DNA of 64,000 nucleotides. Origin: an uncultured virus (IMG/VR IMGVR_UViG_3300002231_000147). Lineage: Duplodnaviria; Heunggongvirae; Uroviricota; Caudoviricetes. The position numbers were made by a program, and so were the translations under genes. The stretch lies in the IMG/VR virus record IMGVR_UViG_3300002231_000147, positions 1 to 64,000 of that record. The stretch is one strand, 5' to 3'. The notes beneath the pieces are model-generated. The model did not search any database. It was not told the origin of the DNA and was given only the letters and a program-made list of their open reading frames with translations. This document shows, in pieces, positions 1 through 11,913 of the stretch (positions are counted from its first letter, which is position 1; each line of letters starts with the position of its first letter).

Positions 1-266
1 AACTTCACCACCAGCTGCGGCGTAGGTATATAATACTTGCTGAAGCATAACATCGTTAGTAATCTTATACTCGATCAATTACAAGATATGGAACATCTGC
101 ACGAGCTAGTTTTAGGTGATAGTGTCCAAGAATAATCCATGACTACATTAACATTTTGCCCCTGTTCTGTCTTTGGGGCAACAGCAACAGCTGCACCAGC
201 ATATGGTGAAGAATTTTCAGGGATGTCAAGAATTTTTGGGTCTTTAGTTAAGTTGAATAATGGCAT
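1..266 (-). CDS. Partial baseplate-region protein, runs off the window edge, frameshifted near 75-110
   Basis: The ORF MPLFNLTKD...DYSWTLSPK continues in shifted frames (LARADVPYL; IEYKITND). It lies downstream of the hub/tape-measure-like gene. Confidence 0.4.
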
Positions 267-281
267 AATATTTTATTTCCT

Positions 282-1879
282 TTAACCAGTAGCTACTGAT
301 GGGTTCTGGTGTCGCATATTTGCAACACCATCTGAGGTGTTTGCAAATATATTTGTGTTAGTAGATGTGTTGTTTTGAGACACGGCAGTAGTTCCACCAC
401 CCTGAGTAGTCTCATTCATTTTCTTAAGTTCGTCAGTTTGTTTCATGATTGCACGGATAGCATCATTAATCTCATCTTTTGAGTAGCCTTGTTCAGATAA
501 TTTACTACGAATTTTAACCTTTTGTTGATTAGCAGTCATACCCTGTTGTCTCCTACCGACCTGCTTAACAGCCTCAGCATTCACGATCTTATCCGCACCT
601 TCCATTAAGGCGGCATCTCGACTAGCATCATCCTTATATTCCTCAAGCCCCAAGAAGTCTAAACCAGCGTTAACCCACTTTTTAGGTAACTTATCATACA
701 AGAAACTTGTAGATGTCTTAATTATATCACCAACAATAGAGGTTAATCGATCCTTAACAAATTGAGTAAAGTTTTTAATTCCTTCCTTGATATTACCCGT
801 TCCAGACCCCTCGACAGTCTTACCCTCTTCATCACGTTCACCAAACAATAAGTCGTAAACATCAGATACGAATGGGATAGTAGTCTGAGCACTAAGCATA
901 CTCAAAAGGAATCCCTCGAAGTCACCTGTCAATAATGATCCAATACCTTCCCCGATATATCCAAGTGTATTAATGATTGGGATTTTCTTCCAATTTTCAC
1001 TGAACCACTTAGGAACAACCTCCATTAATCCTTCCATACCACTTCCACCAGTTTTAGCGTTAGTGATGTCCATGGATGCGTTTAGTAAATCAAGTCCGAT
1101 AGATACAGCAGTTCCAACACCAGGGAACATAGTCGCCACACCTGATGCTAAATCCACCATACCCTGCATAATCTGACCATTTTTCATACGAGTAATCGCA
1201 CTACTGATCGAGATTAATGTTCCAATAATTGGAACTCTCTTTAAAAATGGTTTACCTAATTTACCTAACGCACCTAACGCGCTTTTTAGAAAACCAGTCT
1301 TCGGTAATTTAGCAATTGACTTATATAATGAACCTTCTCCTAAAAATATTTTTAACAACGTTAGCAATCGTTACGTTGAGGTTTTTCAATAATTTACTGT
1401 CAAATAATTTTGAGATAACCTTTGAGATAAAGTTATCCAACTTCAATGCCTTACCGATACCACGTGCAACAATCTTATTAATACCTTGCAATGGTCCACC
1501 GTCAAGCATGGATGATATAGCAGTGATAAAACCAGTTCCTAATAATCCGAAAGACACTAACTGGCTTATAACGCCACTAGATTTTAGATTCACCCGCAAT
1601 AGCGGTAGATTCAGTTTCCTCACCTTTTTTAAGTAATTTTAGAGCACTTTCCGATATATCTACAATATTAACATGTTCGATTGTCTTTTCAGCAGATCGA
1701 CTTCCTCGTGCTTTATCATCTCCATCACTCGACACACCCTTACCCATAGTGTCACGAATATCCTTCATGACGCTAAGTAATTCTGTGTAAAATGCACCAA
1801 ATTCAGACCCCTCACCTGTTTTAGATGCGGGGGGTGTAGAACGTATGATATTACTTTCCTGTGTTTGTTCTTCTGCCAT
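282..1879 (-). CDS. Baseplate hub / tape-measure-like protein (T4 gp29-like), three ORFs joined across indels
   Basis: Overlapping ORFs 1577-1879, 1321-1623 and 282-1367. Contains the G/L/A-rich amphipathic segments LKRVPIIGTLI and FPGVGTAVSIGLD and an N/T-rich tail. Late promoter at 1886-1893. Confidence 0.6.
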
Positions 1880-1905
1880 ATGAATTATTTATAGCAGAAA
1901 ATACT

Positions 1906-2661
1906 TTAGGTAAACAATTCTGTAGATACTTCTATAGTGAGGTCGTCATTAAGCTTATACATACCTTGATGATCCTCTTTAACGCTAGTAATATGGTCTT
2001 GGATATCTTTATTAACCTTCTTGGTTAAGATATCAATGATCGAAATTTTTTCAATGATCGAACTATTTCTGAAATCAAAGCTAGTTCCTGATCCTTCAAT
2101 CGTTATGGATGAAATAAATTTAATTAACTCTAAAACATACATATCAGACAAAATAGAGCCGACTTGATCCTTATTTTCAGGAACCATATTGTGTTTGGTT
2201 TTCTTCTCAAACTCAGTGATAAGTTTAACCTCATCCGAATATAGTGGAGTTGTTAGATCGATTATTACACCATCCTTCTTAATCTGTTTCGGTGTAAAAT
2301 CTTCCTTAATTCCCTTAATATATTCGATAACCTCTGACATATCCGCATCTTTGTATGTCTCATCGATGAAGTTGTATCGCATCTGAATCAAGATAGCATC
2401 CTTATCGAAGGACGTAATTGATTGGGAAATGTCTTCATGTGCCAACTCTTTAATAATCTCCAATATTTTCTGATTAAATGTCGAATTGATGATTGGATTG
2501 TCAATAGTTGACTCGATGATATAACGTTGGTGCTTAGTCGTTAGTGGGTTAAACTTAACGGATTTCTCCATCGATGGGATAAAAATATCCTTGGATAAGT
2601 TTTTCTCATTGTATTGCTTCAATGATGAAATAAAGTCTTTAGTATTCTGATTCATACTCAT
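1906..2661 (-). CDS. Baseplate hub assembly protein (gp26-like)
   Basis: IFIPSMEKSVKFNPLTTKHQR and FDKDAILIQMR motifs; C-terminal ELFT; position in the baseplate cluster. Confidence 0.6.
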   Translation of the reverse strand: MSMNQNTKDFISSLKQYNEKNLSKDIFIPSMEKSVKFNPLTTKHQRYIIESTIDNPIINSTFNQKILEIIKELAHEDISQSITSFDKDAILIQMRYNFIDETYKDADMSEVIEYIKGIKEDFTPKQIKKDGVIIDLTTPLYSDEVKLITEFEKKTKHNMVPENKDQVGSILSDMYVLELIKFISSITIEGSGTSFDFRNSSIIEKISIIDILTKKVNKDIQDHITSVKEDHQGMYKLNDDLTIEVSTELFT

Positions 2662-2688
2662 ATTTATACAAATTAATTAGAAAGTCAA

Positions 2689-3522
2689 TTAACTCTTGGG
2701 GATAGGTAATCCACTATCTTGTGTAGGTTTATTTTGAGATTCCAATTCCTCTTGCTCTTTATTGAACATTTTAATATATAACATGTATTCGTTATATGTC
2801 ATAGAATTATGCTCCGTTAGGGAAATATTCATCTTTGTTTTCATGTCAAAGATATTTTTATACAAAGAGGTTAAGTCATCCCGAAATATGATTCGTATGA
2901 TCCCCATGATGTTTTCAAACTCAATATCAAACTTAATAACATATGTAGTGTCAGTATCATCTGTTACTCTAAAAAGCTCTAAATTACTATAATTCTCACC
3001 AACTTTGTTGATATGTTTATCTACGCTAGTCTTAATCTTAATCGGAAGATTTTCGTAAATGTCGTAACAATAGTCCAACTTGTCGCCATTACTTAAGATA
3101 AAGTAGTCAATGCTGTTTTCAGGGTCAACGGGGTTAATATACACCTGTTGGATCATGAAATCGTCAATATCTACTACCGAATCTTTTTGTAAATTGGTGT
3201 ATGTAGAGTAGACTTTGTTTGCCATGCTTGACACATTGAGAGATAACTTGTGTTTATTCCCATCAAAATACGTATACATTACTTTTGCGTTATCCACACT
3301 ATAACTTCTTATAGATAACGCGATTAAGAACATATCGATTAAATTCAAATCCGATATAGGTTCTACAGATAAACTACCTATAAGTTTTTTCAGATACGTG
3401 TGAAACAACTCTAGGTCATCCTCAATACAAATCTTCTGTAAGTTCTTATAATCATCGAAAGTTAGCTCATTTAGATAAACCTCACGATGTTTGGTGATTT
3501 GCACTTTGTGGAAATATTTCAT
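2689..3522 (-). CDS. Baseplate hub assembly protein, gp26-like with a gp51-like C-terminus
   Basis: LNLIDMFLIALSIRSYSV is gp26-like. The C-terminal LYKNIFDMKTKMNISLTEHNSMTYNEYMLYIKM is gp51-like. Confidence 0.55.
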   Translation of the reverse strand: MKYFHKVQITKHREVYLNELTFDDYKNLQKICIEDDLELFHTYLKKLIGSLSVEPISDLNLIDMFLIALSIRSYSVDNAKVMYTYFDGNKHKLSLNVSSMANKVYSTYTNLQKDSVVDIDDFMIQQVYINPVDPENSIDYFILSNGDKLDYCYDIYENLPIKIKTSVDKHINKVGENYSNLELFRVTDDTDTTYVIKFDIEFENIMGIIRIIFRDDLTSLYKNIFDMKTKMNISLTEHNSMTYNEYMLYIKMFNKEQEELESQNKPTQDSGLPIPKS

Positions 3523-4367
3523 TAAAATATGTTACCGAGATTGGAAATACTTTCATCTATTACGACAGTATCTAAAATTTCATCTATACCACCATTTGAG
3601 AATTTATCGATCAAAGAAGGGATAGGTATGTAAGTTGAGTTGTATACTTGATATTTACTGTAAGTGAATTGAACACCTGTTCTGACTTCAACTTCCTCAT
3701 CGTAATAATTATACTGAGTTTCCCCTATATGTGTAGGAGCAACGTCATAAAATGTCCAAATCTTCCGTGGAATAGGTGATAGGTTTTGATTTGTCTTAGC
3801 GTATTGAATGACCGTCATATTGGTTTTAACGCCTTCACCAGCTGGACGTGCGACTAAACCCTTATGTGCTACCAAAATCGACCATGGGCGCAAAATAGCG
3901 TCAGTAAACGATAGATTTGTCTCTAAGAAGTCTAGTGTTAAGTTTTGCTTAGGTGCTCTATCTTCTGAGATAGGGCTACCTAAAAAACCTCGTCGTTGAT
4001 TTGTATAGGTAATCGGTATAGTTTCCTTCGGTAGTTGGAATCCTTGTGCAAATACACAACCAATAGTCTTCTGAAGAAAATAGTTAGTCATTTGTTTGTA
4101 AGGAATATTCCACCCAGCTTTATCACCGCTAGTGTATTCTAACTCTTGGAGTGTTGCTTGCTTCAATAGTGTAGGGAAATCATCAAATAACACTACCCAC
4201 TGAGTAGTATTCGATGGTGTTGATATCCACGACTCTAACTGTTGTAAAAAATAATTACGTGGACTAATCAATGGGATACTAGGAAGTGTCCCTAGAATGG
4301 TTGATCCTAAGTCTGGTGATCCTAACGCACCTTTTTTGATTACTTCAATTGGATTATTTAAACTCAT
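3522..4367 (-). CDS. Tail tube-fold protein (gp54-like tube initiator)
   Basis: FAQGFQLPKE, LTLDFLET, ILRPW, WTFYDVAPT and VQFTYSKY match the gp19/gp54 tube-fold pattern. Confidence 0.6.
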   Translation of the reverse strand: MSLNNPIEVIKKGALGSPDLGSTILGTLPSIPLISPRNYFLQQLESWISTPSNTTQWVVLFDDFPTLLKQATLQELEYTSGDKAGWNIPYKQMTNYFLQKTIGCVFAQGFQLPKETIPITYTNQRRGFLGSPISEDRAPKQNLTLDFLETNLSFTDAILRPWSILVAHKGLVARPAGEGVKTNMTVIQYAKTNQNLSPIPRKIWTFYDVAPTHIGETQYNYYDEEVEVRTGVQFTYSKYQVYNSTYIPIPSLIDKFSNGGIDEILDTVVIDESISNLGNIF

Positions 4368-4368
4368 A

Positions 4369-4962
4369 TTATTTATTTACTTGACGTATCCATGTCATTG
4401 CAGCCATGGCAGCACCGAATTCGTCATTTTGTTCTGTAAGTTTTTGAACGAGTCTAATATCTGGATTGTCTAACATTCCTTCCATTATTTCAACTTCTAC
4501 TAGGAAATTGATTACGGAACTTTTGGTCCCATTAATTCACTACCTGTCTTAAAATGATCTATAACGGTAGCTGGTTCGAACTTGCCAATAACTGCGAGCG
4601 GGACCACCATTATATTGAACTTTTGTTAAATATCCACTCTCAATTTCTCCAGTGAGAATCAACATCTTTCGAATTGTATCAGCACTAAATCCCATATCCC
4701 CATCAAATATATTTGCTGCAACGTTAATTGCATTCAAAGCGGGTTTCGGTATAGTGATACCGTCTTCTAACACTTCCTTTGCGCGAAGTTCTTTCGCTGG
4801 ATCATTGGATGTCTGATAATACTCACTCCATTGTTGGATAAATGTTTCCATATTTCCCCCAAATACGGATGAAACTGCCATAGTTCCAATCGCAATCGCG
4901 TTAGCTAGTTTCCCTTCTGAATAAAGGTTCATAATATTATCATCGTCTACAAGTCTGTTCAT
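4369..4962 (-). CDS. Putative lysozyme-like / lytic transglycosylase, frameshifted
   Basis: Motif TGEIESG...VQYNGGPARSYWQVEP after indel correction. Start placed at the ATG behind the late promoter 4968-4975. The C-terminus (FGAAMAAMTWIRQ) is in a shifted frame. Confidence 0.55.
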
Positions 4963-4976
4963 AGAAATATTTATAC

Positions 4977-5010
4977 AAAAAACCCAGATACGCAAAACAT
5001 ATCTGGGTTT
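4977..5010 (-). terminator. Intrinsic terminator after the tail tube gene
   Basis: AAACCCAGATA / TATCTGGGTTT stem with a T-tract on the minus strand. Confidence 0.7.
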
Positions 5011-5032
5011 ATTTAGATTAAATGACTACTGA

Positions 5033-5584
5033 TTAAATATCGTCAGTGTCTTCCCAATAATGGTAAGAGAATGTAACAGGGAATTCATGCATTGTGCCAG
5101 TGTCTTCCATTGTATATTCAAGTTCTCCGACCTTACGGGCAACAACACCTACAAGTGAAATCTTCTTAATAGGGTTCAATTCATTGTCCAAGAGGACGAG
5201 AGTAATTGTTGCACTAGCTTTTGGTGCGAAGTAATTACCTGCGGAAATTTTATCATCAAATACTTGACGTGTCCAGTCTTGGAACTTTGTCCAAAGATCG
5301 AATTGTTGATCGGCAAAGAATGTAACATCATACGCATCAGAACCTGGATATTTAACAGTTCCTGGGATATTATAATCTAACCCCATGAATGATGCAGTCG
5401 AATTCTGAACTTCACGTGTCGGCAACTTAGCTGCTTTAACGTAAACTAGATCATCTGGTGAAAAATCGATGTTAAAACCAGCACCTGAGTTGATAGACAA
5501 CACACGGAGTTGATTCTTTCTCGCAAAATCTTTATCTTGGATAACTTTATAAAAGTCTTGAATAGTTGAAATTCCTTCTGGCAT
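5033..5584 (-). CDS. gp19: Tail tube protein
   Basis: FARKNQLRV, VKAAKLPTR, FMGLDYNIPG, VTFFAD and EFPVTFSYHYW; 183 aa. Confidence 0.85.
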   Translation of the reverse strand: MPEGISTIQDFYKVIQDKDFARKNQLRVLSINSGAGFNIDFSPDDLVYVKAAKLPTREVQNSTASFMGLDYNIPGTVKYPGSDAYDVTFFADQQFDLWTKFQDWTRQVFDDKISAGNYFAPKASATITLVLLDNELNPIKKISLVGVVARKVGELEYTMEDTGTMHEFPVTFSYHYWEDTDDI

Positions 5585-5640
5585 AATATGTAAGTAATGT
5601 TAGTTTTAATTATTTATCAAATAAACTGGGTTTTAAAATG

Positions 5641-6567
5641 CTACGCAGTAAATCCAGTGTTTGTGATTGCGCTCCCACCAACAACCGTGATATCACCGTC
5701 TACTGCGTGGGTTTGATTTAAACTTCCTTGAACATAAATAGTATGTGCGTTGGAAGAATCCACGGAACTAGCTACACCTGACCCATCCTGTGCGGTGATA
5801 ATTGTGACATCTTTTAGTTGTGTGGGAATTGATGTAGTAAACAATATACCTCTATTCTTTCCATTAGTGCCTACATTAGTCATTATTAATGATGTATTAG
5901 ATATTCTTAGCGACCCCGTTGCACTTGGAAAAACAGCAACTACCATATCGTTCGTGTTGGTGCATTCTATTCGGCTATTTTTAATAATGAGATTCCCCCC
6001 ATTGTCCACTCGCACGGGCTGCACTGTAGATGATATCACATCTGCACCGTCGATAGTTAATGTCCCACCGTAGCAAAGAGCAACGTTTTCATAATTCGTA
6101 ATATATGCGTTACCACCTGTGACATCAACAGACCCCCCTACATCACGTGCTTTAATATTTCCGTCAAGACAATCAAGGGATTTAATATTACCTTTTACTT
6201 CAATATTAGCAGATGCATTGTTAACTAAAATACTTGCTATATCACCTATAATAGTGAAGGTGAACTCATCGGTAACGGAAAAATTTGGAACTATAGTCCC
6301 GTTCATAAATTCAAAAGTTACACCATCTGCGCCACTTAATGGGAATGCTGAGCTGTAATCACCAGGTGATACTATAATAGTATCACCACTCTCAGCTACA
6401 CTTTGAGCAGCGGGTATAGTCAAAAACGGTTGTGACGCATTGTATTTACTAAGTTCACCCCTAGTATCATTCCCATTTTTTGAAACATGGATCACACCCA
6501 TATTTATATTAGCTGAGCTGATTACCTCAGTATCTATTAAATCACTTATTTGAATATTTTCTTCCAT
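5641..6567 (-). CDS. Putative virion adhesin/fiber with a right-handed beta-helix (pectin-lyase-like) fold
   Basis: IHVSKNGND...PFLTIPAAQSVAESGDTIIVSPGDY is a typical beta-helix N-cap, followed by beta-rich G/N/T repeats. Confidence 0.6.
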   Translation of the reverse strand: MEENIQISDLIDTEVISSANINMGVIHVSKNGNDTRGELSKYNASQPFLTIPAAQSVAESGDTIIVSPGDYSSAFPLSGADGVTFEFMNGTIVPNFSVTDEFTFTIIGDIASILVNNASANIEVKGNIKSLDCLDGNIKARDVGGSVDVTGGNAYITNYENVALCYGGTLTIDGADVISSTVQPVRVDNGGNLIIKNSRIECTNTNDMVVAVFPSATGSLRISNTSLIMTNVGTNGKNRGILFTTSIPTQLKDVTIITAQDGSGVASSVDSSNAHTIYVQGSLNQTHAVDGDITVVGGSAITNTGFTA

Positions 6568-6578
6568 TTTATTATTAA

Positions 6579-6923
6579 TTATGTTATTACTATTTTATCT
6601 CCAAACTTAACCACCTTATCTCCAAAGTATACAGCATTTTCTGGTATAGGGTCTTCAGTTTCAACATATGGAGAAAATCCCACACCCTTTGGTTTAACTA
6701 TATTTTTACGTGGATCACGATCACTCAAAGATTTCCTAATGGCATCTTTGCGTAGTTTTTCCCTACGCTTAGTCTCCCTATATTCCTTTCTTCGATTATC
6801 TAACGTATCAAGAATATCTTTAGCATCCTCACGTTTTCGTATATTACGTGTTTGGTCAGCTTTCCGATATCGTTGATTCAGTATATCGGTTATAGGAGAT
6901 TGGTTATTGCGTCTAATTGGCAT
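6579..6923 (-). CDS. Small basic late protein with C-terminal IPxNAVYF motif
   Basis: ATG at 6923 follows TATAAATA 6929-6936. R/K-rich. The C-terminus resembles that of ORF 62192-62506. Confidence 0.6.
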   Translation of the reverse strand: MPIRRNNQSPITDILNQRYRKADQTRNIRKREDAKDILDTLDNRRKEYRETKRREKLRKDAIRKSLSDRDPRKNIVKPKGVGFSPYVETEDPIPENAVYFGDKVVKFGDKIVIT

Positions 6924-6935
6924 GTAATTATTTAT

Positions 6936-6973
6936 AAAAAAACCCTCTCTCAAAATATATGAGAGAGGGTTTT
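6936..6973 (-). terminator. Intrinsic terminator after the tail sheath gene
   Basis: AACCCTCTCTCA / TGAGAGAGGGTT stem with a T-tract. Confidence 0.75.
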
Positions 6974-6992
6974 GGAAAAGGTGTTTCGTTTA

Positions 6993-9294
6993 TTAAATCA
7001 ACTCTTCGAAGTTAGCATCCTGTCTTGTTGCAATAAAGTCAACAATAATGAATTCAGCAGTCTTCGTTGGTTTAATGTAGATATCGATCTTCATTTGATT
7101 TTGTTCAAGAACTTCAGCTGTGTTGTTTCTTTCGGAACAAACGATACGGTAATCGTTGATACCATCCTTATTCTTCACTGATTCAAACAATGGTGTCAAT
7201 ACGTTGATCACCTGTGTTCGTGTGAATAATGTGTTTGGTTCGAATACGAAATACTTTGCAGTATTAAGAGTAGACTTTTCAAGATACAAGAACACACGAC
7301 GAACATTAATTCTATCAAATGCAGATGGTTTAGCAAGAAGAGTCTTTTGACCCCAAATTACAAACCCATCACTTGGGAAGAATGCTACTGGATTAATACT
7401 AATCTTATATAGTTGGTCACGTTCCTTAATCTTAGGATAGATTGCGATATCGTTAATACCTGTTAGAACTCCACGTGTTAGACCACCTGGTGCTTCCCAC
7501 ACATAATCCATGTTAGCCATAGACGATGCTGCAATACCTGAGAATGGAACCCAAACGTTACGGTTGGAGAAACTATCATTAACCAATGCCCAATTCGCAT
7601 ATGTGCAAGCATAGCTTGAGTTAGCGATACGGAACTGATTTCTTAGATACCAATAGATATCACCAGAGAATGTTTTTGCTACAATATTGTCATCACCATC
7701 ACGATATGTTTGCTTAAGAACACGTGAGTTATCACCTGTAACTAAGATTTGTCGGATTGGGTCTGCAATAAATAGGCAGTCCTTTCTACGCTTTTCTGCA
7801 AATACAGTAAACGCATTATAGATGGAGTTGTAGTTAATGAATGTTCCATCAACTTCAAGTGGATCAGCATTCTTTTGTCCTAGACCTGCAAGAGATGTCC
7901 ATGTTTTACGGTCATCATATGTTCCGTCATAAGTTACATCATCTTCAATACAACCCTTAACGGATGTGTATACTGTCCCTAGACCACCTTCAATGATAAG
8001 ATCAAGTTCGAATAGGTCTGGGTTTTCAACAAGATCAAGAACACGCTCAATCTTACCTGGAACATTACCAATTGTCTTGTTACTACCAGTTGATTTTTGA
8101 TATACACCAAGTGCAAACATTTCATTAGTATATTCATCTTCAAGTATTTCAGCTGAGAGTAGTGGAGATTCCGCTACAGACAACTCATCAAGAATACGAA
8201 GTGCTACTTCTGGTTCAGAATCACCAGAAAGAGAAAGTGTGAATACATCTTGTAGATATGGGTTAACAAAGAATCTAAGTGTGTTAGATGGATTGTCAAC
8301 TGTCTCAAGGAAGATGCTGTCATTTTGTCCACCAGTTGGTGATTGTAACTCACGACCATTATCAAACGAACCTACATATGATTCAGTTAGCGCATAACTA
8401 AGAGCAATCTCTGAATTAGTGAATGGTGTTTGACGTAGTTTTGAATACACCTACAGTTAGGATATCATCAAAGGCGTTTGTTCCAATATTGAATGATGGG
8501 ATATTTTCCATCAATTCAGATACAGAATCTTCATTTGAAGTATCAGCAGATAACTCAAAGTTCAAACGACTTTCAGGAACTGTGATATAATCAAGTGGAT
8601 CAGAGTCAGTATTAACTGAGTTAATTGTTGTAACGTCAGTGAATGGAGAATCAGGGTCTGTGTTACGATTGTCAGACAATGCAAGGTAGTGACCTTCAAA
8701 TTTTTCATTGATTGTAGTCTTCGCCTTATTAAGAACGATCAAACCAGCTTTACCCATGTCAACATCGATATCACCGTAGTCAGCACCTGTTTCGAACCCG
8801 AATAGGTCTTCCCAAGTGATTTCCTCGTTCTCAAGCTTCTCGAATTCCTCACGTGTAAGCTCAACATGAATTGGCTTCTTGAGATAAACTTTCTTAGCTC
8901 CTACGGCAGTTACACCAGTAGATTGAATAGTTGCATAGGATGTTCCACCTGTCTCATCATCTGGGATAGCTGGGTATACCAATGCACTATATTTTTCTTC
9001 AGTGAAGATACCACCAGCATCATCACCGTAAGGTAGACGTGAGAAAAACACGCTTGCTGGGGAATTAAATAGTGATTTAACTGAGTGATACGAGTATCTT
9101 TCAGCGGCTGTAGTAGGTTTCCCGTATACAGCTTCATATTCTTCTAGAGTAGTGATTTGTAGAACCTCATCAGTTGGACCTTGATTGGTGAATCCCATTG
9201 CTAAAACGCCTACACCTAATGGTGAATTGCTTCTAAGAGAGATGTCTACTTCATTGATTTGAACTCCAGGACTTGCGATATATTGTTGTGCCAT
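6993..9294 (-). CDS. gp18: Tail sheath protein (indel near 8440)
   Basis: N-terminal SPGVQINEVD and GPTDEV. C-terminal WEAPGGLTRG, INPVAFFP, WGQKTL, AFDRINVRRVFLYLEK and DIYIKPTKTAEFI. Confidence 0.95.
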
Positions 9295-9354
9295 AATTAG
9301 TATAGTTTAAAACTGTTTATAAATATTTATGCATTCTTGATTAATATTTTGACC

Positions 9355-9963
9355 CTACACCAAAGTTGCCTCGAAAAACGTAAAGGCGAATTCGAATTGT
9401 GAGGAAATCTCACTTTCATCTTGGTCACTAAACTTCGGACTCTGCACAGATACTGGAAAGCAACCAGTATAATCGAATCTAATAACACGGTTATTGAATT
9501 CATCCAATCCATATATAGTAAAGTTGGCTGTATAATGTTGCATAGCCTCCCATGCTTCCCCAGCTGCAATATCGTCAGCATTATAATGAGAAGCCTTAGC
9601 TGCGTTCAATAATTCTAACCATTTATAAATAGTCCACCAATTACGATATAAGTTATCTACCCTAAACGTAACAAAAATGTTTTCATAAGGTGAGCGAGAA
9701 TGTGATGATATTTTCACCTCTTGTCCTTGATACTGTTGTCCAATCGCAGGAACTACAATATCTGGAACAGGTGAACCAGTGATTGAGAACTGTAGTGCAT
9801 CAAAATCCACCTTATCGTTACTTCTAACGATATCTTTATGGTTACGTAATGCTTCGGGTAGACTCAGAACCATTTCATATTTGTCCTGTCTACCTTTATT
9901 TAAGATAGATTGACTAACTGGATACTGTTCTGGTGGCAATGGTTTTGATATATCTTCGCTCAT
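9355..9963 (-). CDS. gp3: Tail completion / sheath stabilizer protein
   Basis: LQFSITGSPVPDI, VTFRVDNLYRNWWTIYKWL and FDYTGCFPVS fit the gp3-like tube fold. Confidence 0.65.
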   Translation of the reverse strand: MSEDISKPLPPEQYPVSQSILNKGRQDKYEMVLSLPEALRNHKDIVRSNDKVDFDALQFSITGSPVPDIVVPAIGQQYQGQEVKISSHSRSPYENIFVTFRVDNLYRNWWTIYKWLELLNAAKASHYNADDIAAGEAWEAMQHYTANFTIYGLDEFNNRVIRFDYTGCFPVSVQSPKFSDQDESEISSQFEFAFTFFEATLV

Positions 9964-9982
9964 ATCAATTATTTATTGTCAA

Positions 9983-11820
9983 TTAATACAAGAACTGCGA
10001 ACTAGGTGGAGTATAACTAGAAAACCCAACCATACTCCCTATCGTCATCTTGATAACCTTCTTTACGCATACCATATAACCAACTCATATTCTTGTGCAT
10101 CGAGGGTCAAGCATATCCGCATCATCAACTGGCATAAACAAATGAGCTTGCTACCAAAGTTATTTGTTTCATCACCGTAACCATAACGTGAATCATTTTT
10201 ACTATATACATCATATAGTGGGAAGATTTGCATAGGTTTCTTATTATCATCCCACATAACGATCTGGAAGTATTGTCCTACACACACTTCATGGATAGCA
10301 ATTAGGCTCCAAATCAACGCATCAACGCGATCATCATAATAATCATCGGATTTCTTAGCCCATTTGTTGTTCTTACCTCTAACAAATGTGTTCAACTCCT
10401 TTAGATAATTAATATCACGTAATGTAACACGTCTTTGAGTCTTTAACCAGTAGAATAAATTAAGAACACCCGCTGATTTAGTATTGGTAGATGATGTGAC
10501 ACCCTTAAGATGACCATAATCTAACTTACCTTGCTTAACGGCAAACTGAATGAGGTTAGGATAATTGTATTCTTTATCTAATTGAGTGATTACAACTCCA
10601 CCACCAGTATTATTACGCTCAACTGCGAGAGGTGGTTTACCCCATTGCTTCATAATATCATTAATCTTACGAGCAAACTCATATGGACCGATCTCATTGT
10701 CATGATATGTTGCTACTTGCTTTATATCATGAAGCTCTGTGATGTCCATTATGTTGATTGTGGATGCACATTGACCAACACCTTCGGCAATATCAACACC
10801 AGCACAGTATATACGCTCACCCACGTTAGGTTCTTCAAATATTTTATACTTATCATCATCGAATGTTACACGAGGATTGCGGCAATTACGTTGTAACTCA
10901 TTATATAGGTCTTCGGGAAGGACTGATTCCCCCGCTTCTAAAAACTTACACTCATATTCTTGGGTAAATAGTTCTTCACCAAGGGCAATTTGCTCAGCTT
11001 TAGCCCAATCGTCATCACGACCTGGTATATCATGCCATGTAACCAAGATTCTACCCCAACCCGAACCCTCCTGTTCAGCACCTTCCCACAATTTATGGAA
11101 TTGATTACCAACACCATTAGGAGTAGATGCAATCAAACACTTAGATTTCTCAGAGGATGATATTGTTGGATAAACCGCAGACCAAAACGCTTGCATAAGA
11201 CTTGTATCAATGAAAGCCATTTCATCAACGATCAAGCAATTACATGATTTACCACGAATAGCGTCAGCAGATGTAGCAGAGATTTGAATCTTGGAACCGT
11301 TTGTAAATGCAACTTCCTGTTTACCCCATGAGTTATCAACTTGAGGTTTCAACCAATTAGGAAGTTCTTCATACGCTAATTTAATACGTTCAAGGATTTC
11401 CTGTGCAGTCTTTTCCTTATTCGCTACAATAACGATACGTTGGAATTCAAAGAATGTTACAAGCCACAATGCATAAATAGTCATCAAGGTTGTCTTACCC
11501 ACCTGACGTGAGCAACACATGATTGATTTCTTATTATCTCTAAACATCCTTAGTGCATCACGCTGGAATGAGTGGAGATTAATTTTTTGTTTACCTTCAT
11601 CAAGATTAACAATATAAAAGAAATGTTGTGCGAAGTATAAAATATTTGCGTGACATTTTTTAATCACTTTCATTCTATCTGCATCATACTGGAACTCAGA
11701 CCTATTACTAGGTAGATTCGGATTACCCATGTATGGAACAACCTTATCGTTTGCATACCTTTTATTGATTTTTTCTATGAGAGCATCGTCTTTGCGAGCT
11801 ATTTTTCTACCTTTTTCCAT
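9983..11820 (-). CDS. gp17: Terminase large subunit (C-terminus disturbed by indels)
   Basis: SRQVGKTT Walker A, IRGKS, LIVDEMAF Walker B, ASTPNG, FTQEYEC, GVDIAEG, VERNN and DDRVDAL. Confidence 0.95.
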
Positions 11821-11825
11821 ACAAT

Positions 11826-11877
11826 TATTTATATTGAGCTACTTTTTGTAGAAAAATATACGATTGGACGATAAATA
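11826..11877. promoter_or_regulatory. Divergent T4-type late promoters (terminase / acidic protein)
   Basis: TATAAATA on the minus strand at 11826-11833 and GATAAATA on the plus strand at 11870-11877. Confidence 0.75.
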
Positions 11878-11913
11878 ATTACGTAAATACATTCTAATTA
11901 ATAAACATAAACT

